Position numbers and translations under genes: made by a program
In this document: one piece after another, positions 27,801 to 36,645 of the stretch
How positions within the stretch are numbered: the stretch's first letter is position 1
How the letters are laid out: every line of letters begins with the position of its first letter
NCBI GenBank assembly: GCA_031261805.1
Contig: JAISIX010000059.1
Span: 1 to 59,159, forward strand
Length of the DNA stretch: 59,159 nucleotides
DNA from: Mediterranea sp.
GTDB taxonomy: Bacteria > Bacteroidota > Bacteroidia > Bacteroidales > Bacteroidaceae
Reading direction: 5' to 3'
The notes under the pieces: generated by a model
The model's database searches: none
Told to the model about the DNA's origin: nothing
The model's input: only the letters and a program-made list of their open reading frames with translations

Positions 27801-28877
27801 CTTGCAGACAGACATCACGCAGTTGGAACCGATGATGTTCTGCTGCGCCGACTTATAGCCGAGGTACCTGAAGGCGTTGGTGATGGCCGGCAACACCATT
27901 ACCCCCTTCTGGAAGAAGCCAAGCCAGAGATTGCCCATGCGGTCCTTCATGATGGCGTGTAGCTTGGCTTTGTTGAGGTCGAAAGTGGTGATATTCAGCT
28001 CGGCCTCCTCGATGCGTTGATGGCGGATGTTGTACACCTTCATGCCATTACCGTCGGTGCCTATGTAAATCTCGTCGGGCGCCACGTAACAGAGCGACTT
28101 CACGGGCAGCTCGGGATTGGCAGGATAAGGCACGGGGATGCACTCCGCCTGCCTGAAGTCGTACCGGTACAGCCCACTACCCAATATGCCGATATAGACA
28201 TGCCCCTCGTCGTCCTCGCAGAGGCTGGAGATGTTGTTGCCGTCCACGTCGCTGAAGAAGTTGCGTACGTGCCGGCTACGGTCCACGCGAAACAGCCCTT
28301 TGTCACCCGTACCCACCCACAGGCTGCCACGCTTATCCTCGTGCAGCAGGTTAATGATGGAGCTGGGCACGATGCCGTCGGCCTGCCGGGCCTCCAGACT
28401 TCCGTCGGCCCGTTGCGCCAAGCGAAAGATGCCCCGCCCGGCGGTACCCACCAGCACCTCGCCACCTTTCCTTTCGACCATGGACGATACATTGACGCTG
28501 ATGGTGTCGCCCCGTTGGGTTATCAGGGGGATGGTACAGAAGCGGTCGGTGGCGGGGTCGTAACTTTGCAGGCCGCTCAGCGTGCCTACGAAGCAACGGC
28601 CTTGACTATCCTCGAAAAGGAAGCGCACGTAGTTGTTCAACAGGGAGTAGGGGTCATCCTTGTCGTGCTTGTAAAGGGTGAACTTAGCGCCGTCGTAGCG
28701 GTTAAGCCCATCCTCGGTGGCTATCCAGATGATGCCGTTGCAGTCTTGGTACACAGAGTTGATCATGCTGCTTGACAGGTCGTTGTCGACAGTGAACATG
28801 CGTCCCGCCTGCCCGAGACAGAGGGTGGGGACAAGTGTGCAGCACAGTAGAAATAGCAAAGATTTAATGTTTCTCAT
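24792..28877 (-). CDS. Hybrid two-component sensor/regulator (propeller, Y_Y_Y, HisKA, HATPase, REC, AraC)
   Basis: Repeated WIAT/WVGT-x-x-GL blades, FFINISHEIRTP, GTGIGL, DIMMPEMDG, YFSTAFK. ATG 28877 with signal peptide (track 29045). Confidence 0.96.
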   Translation of the reverse strand: MRNIKSLLFLLCCTLVPTLCLGQAGRMFTVDNDLSSSMINSVYQDCNGIIWIATEDGLNRYDGAKFTLYKHDKDDPYSLLNNYVRFLFEDSQGRCFVGTLSGLQSYDPATDRFCTIPLITQRGDTISVNVSSMVERKGGEVLVGTAGRGIFRLAQRADGSLEARQADGIVPSSIINLLHEDKRGSLWVGTGDKGLFRVDRSRHVRNFFSDVDGNNISSLCEDDEGHVYIGILGSGLYRYDFRQAECIPVPYPANPELPVKSLCYVAPDEIYIGTDGNGMKVYNIRHQRIEEAELNITTFDLNKAKLHAIMKDRMGNLWLGFFQKGVMVLPAITNAFRYLGYKSAQQNIIGSNCVMSVCKDHAGTLWVGTDNDGLYHIGPGGELLTHYEHSKVPTSVPATIMCVYEDSQQNLWIGSYMQGMAQLDPRTGRCRYISLPDGSGRSNMRVYSFAEDGEGNLWIATMGYGLYRMNLSTGHIVHCPGAENGVQYPKDANVLPSLWLTSLLYTPDGKLYIGSYSGLTCLDTRTMDFASTYRSNLLFGGMVVYSLYADDENHLWVGTSEGLKCLDIHTGATRGYTTREGLPNNTICAIAGDKNKELWLSTNYGVARFNPLRQNFVCYYANDGLQGNEFSKGAVCTDKNGEIFFGGVNGVTYFNPLEISDIVQQPDIHITGFYLHNRSVKKGMTSGREEIIDRFIMDADRFYLSHNDNSFSIEFSSMEFGNPERITYMYTLNDDRWVTLRPGINRVSFSDLSPGDYRFSVRAKDYTSYSDVRTVTIVIRPAWYASAWANWAYLLLGIALVYAIILQVRHRYRVRQELMEHVHQEQLGEAKLQFFINISHEIRTPMTLIITPLQKLMAADGDPARQKVYRIIYRNAERLLALVNQLMDMRKIDKGQMRLKFREVEIVGFVRELCGTFEYQSRVKDITFSYAPEIEELSVWMDPKNFDKVVLNVLSNAFKYTPEKGSITLRLRRVDDEALHGPLRHCVEIEVEDSGIGIDEQEIGHIFDRFYQVRNQVNSSGMGTGIGLHLTRSLVELHHGTIGVANNEGRAGCHFTIRLPLGNAHLQPEEIEEPTAEPLPAPHATLLASPMGIPAVEEEKADKPHAKTKHRVLVVEDDEEIRKYICRELADKFHTVESTNGREALNLILKKAPDLIISDIMMPEMDGLTLCRKIRQNVNINHIPVVLLTARASEVNNLEGLNTGADAYLVKPFNIDILKKTAENLILQRERLRNTFSGNQTQADKVQPMQLKSPDEKLLERVMNVINANISNPALSVEMIASDVGISRVHLHRKLKELTNQSTRDFIRNTRLRQAANLLAEKHHNITEVAIMTGFANVAYFSTAFKEMYGVPPSEFRKIEN

Positions 28878-29080
28878 TGTAGCGCGTTTATGCGGCAAAT
28901 ATACGATATTCACTACAAACTTACACTCATTCGTCGGGATTATTATCCTTTCACTTAAAAGGATCTCTACGGAGAGGCTTTCTGAAGCGGTTTCCCTGCA
29001 AGAAGCTGGTTTATCCCAACTAAAAGCGTATCTTTGCCCTATCAATGTACGCAGTAGGTCACCTAAAGACAGAAGAACTT

Positions 29081-30790
29081 ATGGCAGCAGTAAAAGGAAT
29101 CCCCTATGGCATGTCTCATTTCGAGGGCGTCATCACACAGAACTGTTACTACGTGGACAAGTCCATGTATATCCCCTTGTTGGAGCAACAATCCAATTAC
29201 CTTATCTTTATCCGTCCCCGACGGTTCGGAAAGAGCTTGCTGCTCAGCATGCTCCGCTCCTACTACGACCTTTTAGAGAAAGAGAACTTCCAAAAACTCT
29301 TTGGACAACTCTGGATAGGCCAACATCCCACCCCTTTGCAAGGCACTTTCCAGATGTTGCACCTCGACTTCTCCAAGATAGGCGGCGACATAAACAGTCT
29401 GGCCGAACGCTTCGACTCGTACTGCGCCATACAGCTGGATGGATTCTTGAGCCGCTACCGTCCCTACTACAGCGACGAGTTTGCCCAACGCTTCAGGGCG
29501 GAGAAGAAAGGCATTGAGAAACTACACCTTCTGGATGCGGAAGCGCATAGAGAAGGCTATCCCCTCTACCTTATCATCGACGAGTACGATAACTTCACCA
29601 ACGTAGTGCTCAACGAGCAAGGGCACGAACTCTACCACGCCAGCGGCTTCTACCGCGATGCCTTCAAGAACTACAAGGGCATGTTCGAGCGCATCTTCAT
29701 GATAGGTGTCAGCCCCGTGACGCTCGACGACCTCTCCAGTGGCTTCAACATCGGCTGGAACATCAGCACCAGCCCACTGTTCAACCAGATGCTGGGCTTC
29801 TCCGAGGAGGAGGTGCGCACCATGTTCCGCTACTATCAAGACGCGGGAAAGCTGAAAGGCGACGTGGAAGCGATGATTGAGGAGATGAAGCCGTGGTACG
29901 ACAACTATTGCTTCGCCGTGGAGAGCCTGAAGACCGACCCGAAGATGTTCAACAGCGACATGGTGCTGCACTACCTGCAAACCCGCCTAACGCTCGGAGC
30001 AGCCCCCCGGGGGATGGTGGACCCCAATACCCGCACGGACTACAACAAGATGAAACGCCTCATCCGGCTCGACCAGCTGGACGGCGACCGCAAGGGCGTT
30101 CTTCGCCGCATCGCCACAGAGGGACAGATTGTCACCAACCTGCTCGACACCTTCCCCGCCGAACACTTGGCAAGGCCCGGGATATTCCCCAGCCTACTGT
30201 TCTACTACGGTATGCTCACCATCGTAGGAACGAGGGGCAGCCTCCTCCGACTGGGTATCCCCAACAACAATGTACGCAAGCAATACTACGAGTATATCTT
30301 GGAAGAGTACCAAGAACAACGCTATCTCAACCTCACCGACTTGGAACTTCTCTTCACCGACATGGCGTTCGATGGGCAGTGGCAACCCGCCCTCGAGTTT
30401 GTAGCCAAGGCCTACAAGGAGAACTCATCCGTACGCAGCGCCATAGAGGGAGAAAGGAACATACAGGGCTTCTTCACCGCCTACCTCAGCGTGAATGCCT
30501 ACTACCTCATCGCCCCCGAGCTGGAGCTGAACCACGGTTTCTGCGACATGTTCCTCATGCCCGACCGTGGACGATACGCCGAGGTGGAGCATAGCTACAT
30601 CCTGGAGCTGAAATACCTGTCGAAAGAGAAGTTCGAGGCGGAGGCCACCCGTCAATGGGAGGAGGCCGTGACGCAAATCCACGGCTATGCCGAAAGCCCC
30701 CGCGTACGCCAACTCTGCCAAAGCACACAGCTACACCTCATCGTGATGCAGTTCTGCGGATGGGAGCTGGCGCGGATGGAGGAGGTATAA
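29081..30790 (+). CDS. AAA-ATPase-like protein with C-terminal PD-(D/E)xK nuclease domain (common Bacteroidales paralog family)
   Basis: YYVDKS, RPRRFGKSL Walker A, IIDEYD Walker B, C-terminal GFCDMFL...YILELKY. TATCTTTG at 29029-29036. Confidence 0.9.
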   Translation: MAAVKGIPYGMSHFEGVITQNCYYVDKSMYIPLLEQQSNYLIFIRPRRFGKSLLLSMLRSYYDLLEKENFQKLFGQLWIGQHPTPLQGTFQMLHLDFSKIGGDINSLAERFDSYCAIQLDGFLSRYRPYYSDEFAQRFRAEKKGIEKLHLLDAEAHREGYPLYLIIDEYDNFTNVVLNEQGHELYHASGFYRDAFKNYKGMFERIFMIGVSPVTLDDLSSGFNIGWNISTSPLFNQMLGFSEEEVRTMFRYYQDAGKLKGDVEAMIEEMKPWYDNYCFAVESLKTDPKMFNSDMVLHYLQTRLTLGAAPRGMVDPNTRTDYNKMKRLIRLDQLDGDRKGVLRRIATEGQIVTNLLDTFPAEHLARPGIFPSLLFYYGMLTIVGTRGSLLRLGIPNNNVRKQYYEYILEEYQEQRYLNLTDLELLFTDMAFDGQWQPALEFVAKAYKENSSVRSAIEGERNIQGFFTAYLSVNAYYLIAPELELNHGFCDMFLMPDRGRYAEVEHSYILELKYLSKEKFEAEATRQWEEAVTQIHGYAESPRVRQLCQSTQLHLIVMQFCGWELARMEEV

Positions 30791-30887
30791 GGAGTATTTT
30801 TTACCTGTTCGAAGTAAGTAATTTGCCACGGTCGGTTGTCTTACGTACGGAACAAAAGCTGATATATCTTTTAAACCAACAAATATA

Positions 30888-33173
30888 ATGAAGTTAAAGA
30901 CTCTTTTCTTCGCATGTCTGGGAACGGCTTTCGCACTGGGTGCCTGCACGGGCGGCAACACCGGGACGGAAGATTACGCTTCCTACGTCAACCCCTTTAT
31001 CGGCACCGGCGGGCACGGGCATACCTTTCCCGGACCGGTAGTGCCCCACGGCATGATTCAGCCCAGCCCCGACACCCGCATCGACGGATGGGACGCCTGC
31101 TCGGGCTACTACTACGCCGACACCACCCTTAACGGATTCTCGCACACACATGTGAGTGGCACCGGCTGCTGCGACTATGGCGACGTGCTACTGATGCCCA
31201 CCGTAGGCAAGCAGACCTACCAGACCACCGACCCCGCCAGCCAACAGCTGGCCTATGCCTCTGCCTTCAGCCACCAGAACGAGACGGCCGAGCCGGGCTA
31301 CTACTCCGTCCTGCTCGACCGCTACGGCGTGAAGGCTGAACTGACAGCCGCCAAGCGGGGCGCCCTGCACCGCTACACCTTCCCACAAAGCGACGAAGCA
31401 GGTTTCATCCTCGACCTGGACTATAGCCTGCAACGGCAGACCAACTCGGAAATGGAAATCCAAGTGCTAAGCGACACCGAACTCTGCGGACATAAGAAGA
31501 CAGCCTACTGGGCCTTCGAACAGCCCATCAACTTCTACGCCAAGTTCTCACACCCCTTCACCTGCACGCTCGTGACGGACTCCGTAACGATGGACAACGG
31601 CCAACGCCTACCCCAATGCAAGGCGTTGCTGCATTTCAAAACCAACAAGGACGAAGAGGTTCTCGTCAAGGTAGGCGTCTCGGCTGTCGACGTAGACGGT
31701 GCCCGCCGCAACGTGGAGAGCGACATCCCCAACTGGGACTTCGACCTCCTGCGCCAAGAGGCACGTGCCGACTGGAACCAATACCTGTCGAAAATAGACA
31801 TCACCACCACCGACCGTCCCGACAAAGAGACGTTCTACACCGCCCTCTACCATACCGGCATCAGCCCCTACCTCTTCACCGATGCCGACGGACGCTACCT
31901 CGGCATGGACCTGAAGACACACCAAGGCGACACGCAAAAGCCCATCTACACCGTCTTCTCACTGTGGGATACCTTCCGCGCCTTCCACCCGCTGATGACC
32001 ATCATCGACCCCAAGCGCAACGAGCAATACATACAGTCGCTCATCCTCAAAGCTGAAGAGGGCGGCATCTTGCCCAAATGGGAGCTGGCCGCCAACTATA
32101 CCGGCACCATGATAGGCTACCACGCCGTACCCATCATCGTAGACGCTTACATGAAAGGCTATCGCGACTTCGACGTGCAAGCCGCCTACAAAGCCTGCCT
32201 GCGCACCGCCGAGTACGACACGGCCGGCATACACTGCCCACGCCCCGTGCTACCCTACCTCATGCCACAGGCCAAGTACTACAAGAACACGTTGGGCTAC
32301 ATCCCCTGCGACCGCGAGAATGAGTCGGTGGCCAAAGCATTGGAGTATGCCTACGACGACTGGTGTATCAGCGCCTTCGCCCAAGAGCTGGGCCAGACAG
32401 AGACACAGCATAAATACGAACGCTTCAGCAAAGCCTACCAGCTCTACTTCGACAAGTCCACCCGCTTCATGCGCGGCCTCGACTCGAAAGGCAACTGGCG
32501 CACCCCCTTCGACCCCCGCTCGTCCAACCATCGCGAAGACGACTACTGCGAAGGAACAGCTTGGCAATGGACTTGGTTCGTGCCGCACGACGTACCGGGA
32601 CTGGTCGACCTCATGGGAGGCGAAGAGGCCTTCGTATCGAAACTCGACTCACTCTTCACCGCCAACTCCGAGGTGGAAGGCAAGTCTACCTCGGCCGACA
32701 TCAGCGGCCTGATAGGACAGTATGCCCACGGCAACGAGCCAAGCCACCACATCATCTACCTATACAACTACGTGAACCGCCCGTGGCAGACGCAGGAACT
32801 GGCCGACAGCGTGTTCCGCAGCCAGTACAGCAACACTGTCGACGGCCTGTCGGGTAACGAAGACTGTGGGCAGATGTCAGCTTGGTACGTCCTTAGCTCC
32901 ATGGGCTTCTACCAAGTATGCCCGGGCAAACCAGTGTACGCCATCGGCCGCCCCGAGTTCGATAAAGCCGTGGTCAATCTGCCCGACGGGAAAAAGTTCA
33001 CCGTCGTGGCCCGGAACAACTCCAAGAAGAACAAGTACATCGAGAGCGCCACACTCAACGGCCAGCCGCTCAACGTGCCCTTCTTCAACCATAGCGACAT
33101 CGTGAACGGCGGAACGCTGGAACTCACCATGACCGACCACCCCACTCGGTGGGGTGTGACGGCCCACCAGTAA
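30888..33173 (+). CDS. GH92 alpha-mannosidase, lipoprotein
   Basis: Lipobox LGAC, YVNPFIGTGGHGHTFPG, SLWDTFR, YAHGNEPSHH, GNEDCGQMSAWYV. Confidence 0.95.
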   Translation: MKLKTLFFACLGTAFALGACTGGNTGTEDYASYVNPFIGTGGHGHTFPGPVVPHGMIQPSPDTRIDGWDACSGYYYADTTLNGFSHTHVSGTGCCDYGDVLLMPTVGKQTYQTTDPASQQLAYASAFSHQNETAEPGYYSVLLDRYGVKAELTAAKRGALHRYTFPQSDEAGFILDLDYSLQRQTNSEMEIQVLSDTELCGHKKTAYWAFEQPINFYAKFSHPFTCTLVTDSVTMDNGQRLPQCKALLHFKTNKDEEVLVKVGVSAVDVDGARRNVESDIPNWDFDLLRQEARADWNQYLSKIDITTTDRPDKETFYTALYHTGISPYLFTDADGRYLGMDLKTHQGDTQKPIYTVFSLWDTFRAFHPLMTIIDPKRNEQYIQSLILKAEEGGILPKWELAANYTGTMIGYHAVPIIVDAYMKGYRDFDVQAAYKACLRTAEYDTAGIHCPRPVLPYLMPQAKYYKNTLGYIPCDRENESVAKALEYAYDDWCISAFAQELGQTETQHKYERFSKAYQLYFDKSTRFMRGLDSKGNWRTPFDPRSSNHREDDYCEGTAWQWTWFVPHDVPGLVDLMGGEEAFVSKLDSLFTANSEVEGKSTSADISGLIGQYAHGNEPSHHIIYLYNYVNRPWQTQELADSVFRSQYSNTVDGLSGNEDCGQMSAWYVLSSMGFYQVCPGKPVYAIGRPEFDKAVVNLPDGKKFTVVARNNSKKNKYIESATLNGQPLNVPFFNHSDIVNGGTLELTMTDHPTRWGVTAHQ

Positions 33174-33186
33174 AAGCCTGCGTTTG

Positions 33187-33228
33187 AAGCGCGCCCGGCT
33201 ACTCAGCAAGGAGTAGTCGGGCGCGCTT
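33187..33228. terminator. Strong hairpin between convergent GH92 and the 33242 gene
   Basis: aagcgcgcccggctactc...gagtagtcgggcgcgctt, an 18-bp stem with one G-U pair. Confidence 0.8.
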
Positions 33229-33241
33229 ATTATTTTGGAGG

Positions 33242-33739
33242 TTATTCTCTACCTAACAGAAAAGGATTTCGGATGTATGGATAGTGCGCCTTATCGAAAG
33301 GTATGTGGTACGATTTGCTGTTAACGTCTATCCAAATCGAATCGTCTCTCTCTTTATTGTAGCCCCAGTCAATACCAAGCAGCTGATACTCATTATAGGC
33401 ATCAATATCAGCCGAAGGAAGAAACGCTATGGAATCATGTAGTATGGTCAGCTCCATCGCTTTCTTTTCCGGGTAATACACTCGACAGAAAATCGGATAT
33501 TTTCTAACGGTATCAATGCTCATCGTTTTGCAGTTGTACTGTTCTATAAGACTCAAGATGCTTTCTTTGCTCTTCCACTTAGTGTTCAAGATAACAATGT
33601 TTTCTCGTTTTTGTCCTCTGACTGAAACATCCGCATTGGGCATGGGATAGATACGCATGGGCCTACATGCGTCAATGATGTTGGAGATAAGCCACACGAC
33701 AACCAAAAGGCTGATAAATACTCCTGTTAGTTTTTTCAT
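33242..33739 (-). CDS. Low-GC hypothetical membrane-anchored/lipoprotein; putative immunity partner
   Basis: Starts 2 nt after the TssD-fusion stop. N-terminal hydrophobic segment ending ...IIDAC. AT-rich. Confidence 0.55.
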   Translation of the reverse strand: MKKLTGVFISLLVVVWLISNIIDACRPMRIYPMPNADVSVRGQKRENIVILNTKWKSKESILSLIEQYNCKTMSIDTVRKYPIFCRVYYPEKKAMELTILHDSIAFLPSADIDAYNEYQLLGIDWGYNKERDDSIWIDVNSKSYHIPFDKAHYPYIRNPFLLGRE

Positions 33740-33741
33740 AG

Positions 33742-35223
33742 TTAGAAATGCTCATTTTCGACGTGAAAGGAGTAATTCATCTTTGTCAGAAAAGGTCTAT
33801 ATCCACGAACGTGTTGCAACACATACCACGCTCGGAACCCAGCCGCATAACCATATCCACAATCCACGTCTTTCTCGTCTAAGCCGTAATGGTCATAAAT
33901 CTCTATGTGGAATGCTGCATTATAGGTATGACTTGAGGTCAACTCAAAATGGTCAATGTAGACAACGTATGCAGACGTATCGTCTACCGTTATCTTCATT
34001 CCATTGAGATAGTCGTCTGGAATCTTATTGAATTTAACGCGTGTAGACCTCAGTTTTCCTGTCAATATCTCTATCTTATTAAGGTCACCATTGTTATCTC
34101 TCAATAATAGATTGAGAGTCTTCATAACGCCATTGTTGCCGTATATAAACTCTTTCAACGTTTCATGCTCAGACAGCATCTTATCCATGTATCCACTTGA
34201 ATAGGTGGTGCCTGTATTTTCTCTGAAATGACTTACGACTCGTTGGGCATTATCATTCCCCTTTACTAAAGCAAATGCGCTGGTCAAGTAGATTAAATCA
34301 GCGAACAGCGCATCGTCTGTTGAATCAAGTTGCACTGCAAAGAGCTTATTTATCGCTAAAAGTTCTTCGGGCGTTTTGTCTGCATACATCATGTCTTCAG
34401 CTTTTTGCCCCATTGCGTCTCTCCCTGCCCAATTGGTAGAACGTGCGAAAATTCGGGGCACTCCCCATCTCTCCACTCTCGTCTTTACGCTCACCCGCTC
34501 TGTAGTTCTCAGCAAATAGGGCATAACGGTAATCTCCTTACCCGCCCATTCAACTTTCATCAGCAGCTTGAGCGTTTCGCCCTCTTGCTTTTGTAACTCT
34601 TCCTTGCCATCTACCTTGACAATCCACTTTACATGCTGGGGTTTATCAAAGGGGACATTCATGTTGTAGCCGGATACTTTGTACTCATACTCCACGCCTA
34701 CTACGGCTTTTATCTCGCCATCGACTGCCGTCACCAATGGCTGGGGCGGCGCGATTGGTCTGGCATGGAACTCTTCGTTGACAGGTTGGTATTTCTGCCA
34801 GCAAACGCTATGCACCTCTTCCCAACGGCGATCCAGCCGGACCTTTCGCCCGATGTCCAGTCGCGTAGGACTGATGGCAATTGTTGTGGTCATAGGCTCC
34901 CACGGATATAGGCTCATGTCCATCCGTTCGCCATAAGTGTAGATGTAGGCTTCGCCGAAGTCGATACGGCGTACCAGCTCATCTTCGTTTCCACGGAGAA
35001 AGTCGAGGTGACCTTGCGTTGAGGGCACTTCTTTAAGCAGCATCTGCCGCAATATGGGGTTGTCGTCTGTCGATTCAATTTCTAATAAGATATCTCCGCC
35101 CAACACTCCTGTAATGGGTCGTCCTTTCTTGTCTGTTTGGATGTTGAATCCGTATTTCATACGGAGTACTTCACATTCTGTACCACATAGGGTCAAAATT
35201 ACTCGGGTTGGTGACATGAACAT
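33742..35223 (-). CDS. TssD (Bacteroidetes Hcp-like tube) domain fused to an Ig-like linker and a DUF3289-like C-terminal domain; putative T6SS-type effector
   Basis: N-terminal CEVLRMKYGFNIQTDKKGRP..VLGGDILLEIESTDD matches the TssD pattern. C-terminal IYDHYGLD and FRAWYVLQH motifs recall DUF3289. GC falls toward the C-terminus. Confidence 0.7.
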   Translation of the reverse strand: MFMSPTRVILTLCGTECEVLRMKYGFNIQTDKKGRPITGVLGGDILLEIESTDDNPILRQMLLKEVPSTQGHLDFLRGNEDELVRRIDFGEAYIYTYGERMDMSLYPWEPMTTTIAISPTRLDIGRKVRLDRRWEEVHSVCWQKYQPVNEEFHARPIAPPQPLVTAVDGEIKAVVGVEYEYKVSGYNMNVPFDKPQHVKWIVKVDGKEELQKQEGETLKLLMKVEWAGKEITVMPYLLRTTERVSVKTRVERWGVPRIFARSTNWAGRDAMGQKAEDMMYADKTPEELLAINKLFAVQLDSTDDALFADLIYLTSAFALVKGNDNAQRVVSHFRENTGTTYSSGYMDKMLSEHETLKEFIYGNNGVMKTLNLLLRDNNGDLNKIEILTGKLRSTRVKFNKIPDDYLNGMKITVDDTSAYVVYIDHFELTSSHTYNAAFHIEIYDHYGLDEKDVDCGYGYAAGFRAWYVLQHVRGYRPFLTKMNYSFHVENEHF

Positions 35224-35783
35224 TCGCTTTAGGTTAAACTTCTATGATTGAAAATCGTGGGTAAAAGTAGCCTTTTTATCGATATATACAATATATTTAG
35301 CCATAAAAATGATGAATTAATTCACAATCTATCTTTCGAGTACATGGTTGACTACTCCAAAGTAATGGGAGAGACATCCAGACAAAAAAGCAGATTGTAA
35401 ATATTCATAATGTATTCACACACTTCCTCTTTAGCCTTTTCAAGCGAGCGAATATTACCCTGTGGCGGGAGCATTTTTTCGCCCCAGCGAAAATCCCGAA
35501 AATAATAATGCCTGAAATACAAGCATTTGAATAGAAAAAGAGTAGTATACCTTGCTTTGCGAAGAAGGTGAGGCCACATAGATACTATCAGACAGATTGT
35601 CACGTTTTATAACCGTTCGTTTTATGATGATAGAAAGTATCCTACGAGGGCTGTAGTTGAGAATAACGTTGCAAACCGAACACAATCATTCGGTCACAAA
35701 TTGGAGTTCAGGGGGAAATGAAGAATAGGTAGTGAGGGGGAGCAGTAAATAGGAGGTTAGCGGGGAAGTATGTTCAGACATAG

Positions 35784-36527
35784 CTATCGCTTAGCCTCTA
35801 TCGTATAACGGAAACTATCCGCTCGATAATACCCGATGTTATACTCTACGGGGATGTCGTTTCCGTCGTACACAAACCGTTTCCTTATTAATATAGGGTC
35901 GTTGGCATCTATCTCCAACTTCTCGGCAATGAAGCCACCGGCCAAGCGGGCGGATATCTCCTCCTTACTGGTCTTCACCACAATCTGGTACTGTTCTTCC
36001 AGCATCTCGTACAGCGGCCGCGTAAAATCCTCCTCACCCGTCATAGGAATGCTGGGGTTGAAATAAGAGATGAAGTAGACAAAAGGATACTCCTTCTTTC
36101 CCCTGACACGCTCCAACACCACGCAGCGCACGTCGGTAGTGGCCGACAAATTGAAGAAGGAGGCAATCTCCTCGGAAGGATGTTTCAGCGTGACGTGCAG
36201 CTCGAAGTTACGTATCTCAACGCCCAGCATCTTCATCTCCTGCGAGAAGCTAAGCCAGTTCTGCACCCCACTCACGATGCCCTTTCGGGCAACCTTCGTG
36301 CCAAACCCCTTCTTCCGAATCAACAATCCCTCGAACACCAACTTGTTAATGGCTTGGCGCAAGGTATTCCGAGAGATATGCAATTGTTCAGACAATTCAA
36401 CCTCGTTAGGAAGCAGCTTCCCATTCTTATACTCCTCATCTTCTATCAGTTGCCGGAGAATCTCTTCGGCCTGTATATGAAGAGGTTTATCACTATCATG
36501 GTCTATTTTCATATCGTTATCATCCAT
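35784..36527 (-). CDS. GntR/HutC-family regulator with UTRA domain
   Basis: LPNEVELSEQLHISRNTLRQAI...KKGFGT winged HTH; UTRA C-terminus (SFSQEM, YYRADSF). Confidence 0.93.
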   Translation of the reverse strand: MDDNDMKIDHDSDKPLHIQAEEILRQLIEDEEYKNGKLLPNEVELSEQLHISRNTLRQAINKLVFEGLLIRKKGFGTKVARKGIVSGVQNWLSFSQEMKMLGVEIRNFELHVTLKHPSEEIASFFNLSATTDVRCVVLERVRGKKEYPFVYFISYFNPSIPMTGEEDFTRPLYEMLEEQYQIVVKTSKEEISARLAGGFIAEKLEIDANDPILIRKRFVYDGNDIPVEYNIGYYRADSFRYTIEAKR

Positions 36528-36537
36528 TTAGAGAGGG

Positions 36538-36628
36538 CAAATATAAGATTAACACAAAAAAAAAGCAAGTTTTGCTTGGAATAAAAAGAAAAGCCATATA
36601 TTTGCACAATACTTATATGTATGAACAT
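36538..36628. promoter_or_regulatory. Divergent -7 promoter elements and a candidate GntR operator
   Basis: caaatata 36538-36545 (TATATTTG on -), TATATTTG 36597-36604 (+), palindrome ATGT-ATGA-ACAT at 36617-36628 just downstream of the + promoter. Confidence 0.55.
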
Positions 36629-36645
36629 TATAAACCATCAGCTAT

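Noticed and set aside
35352-35685. Two small minus-strand ORFs (83 and 76 aa)
   Set aside because: Overlapping, with atypical composition and no motifs; probably non-coding.
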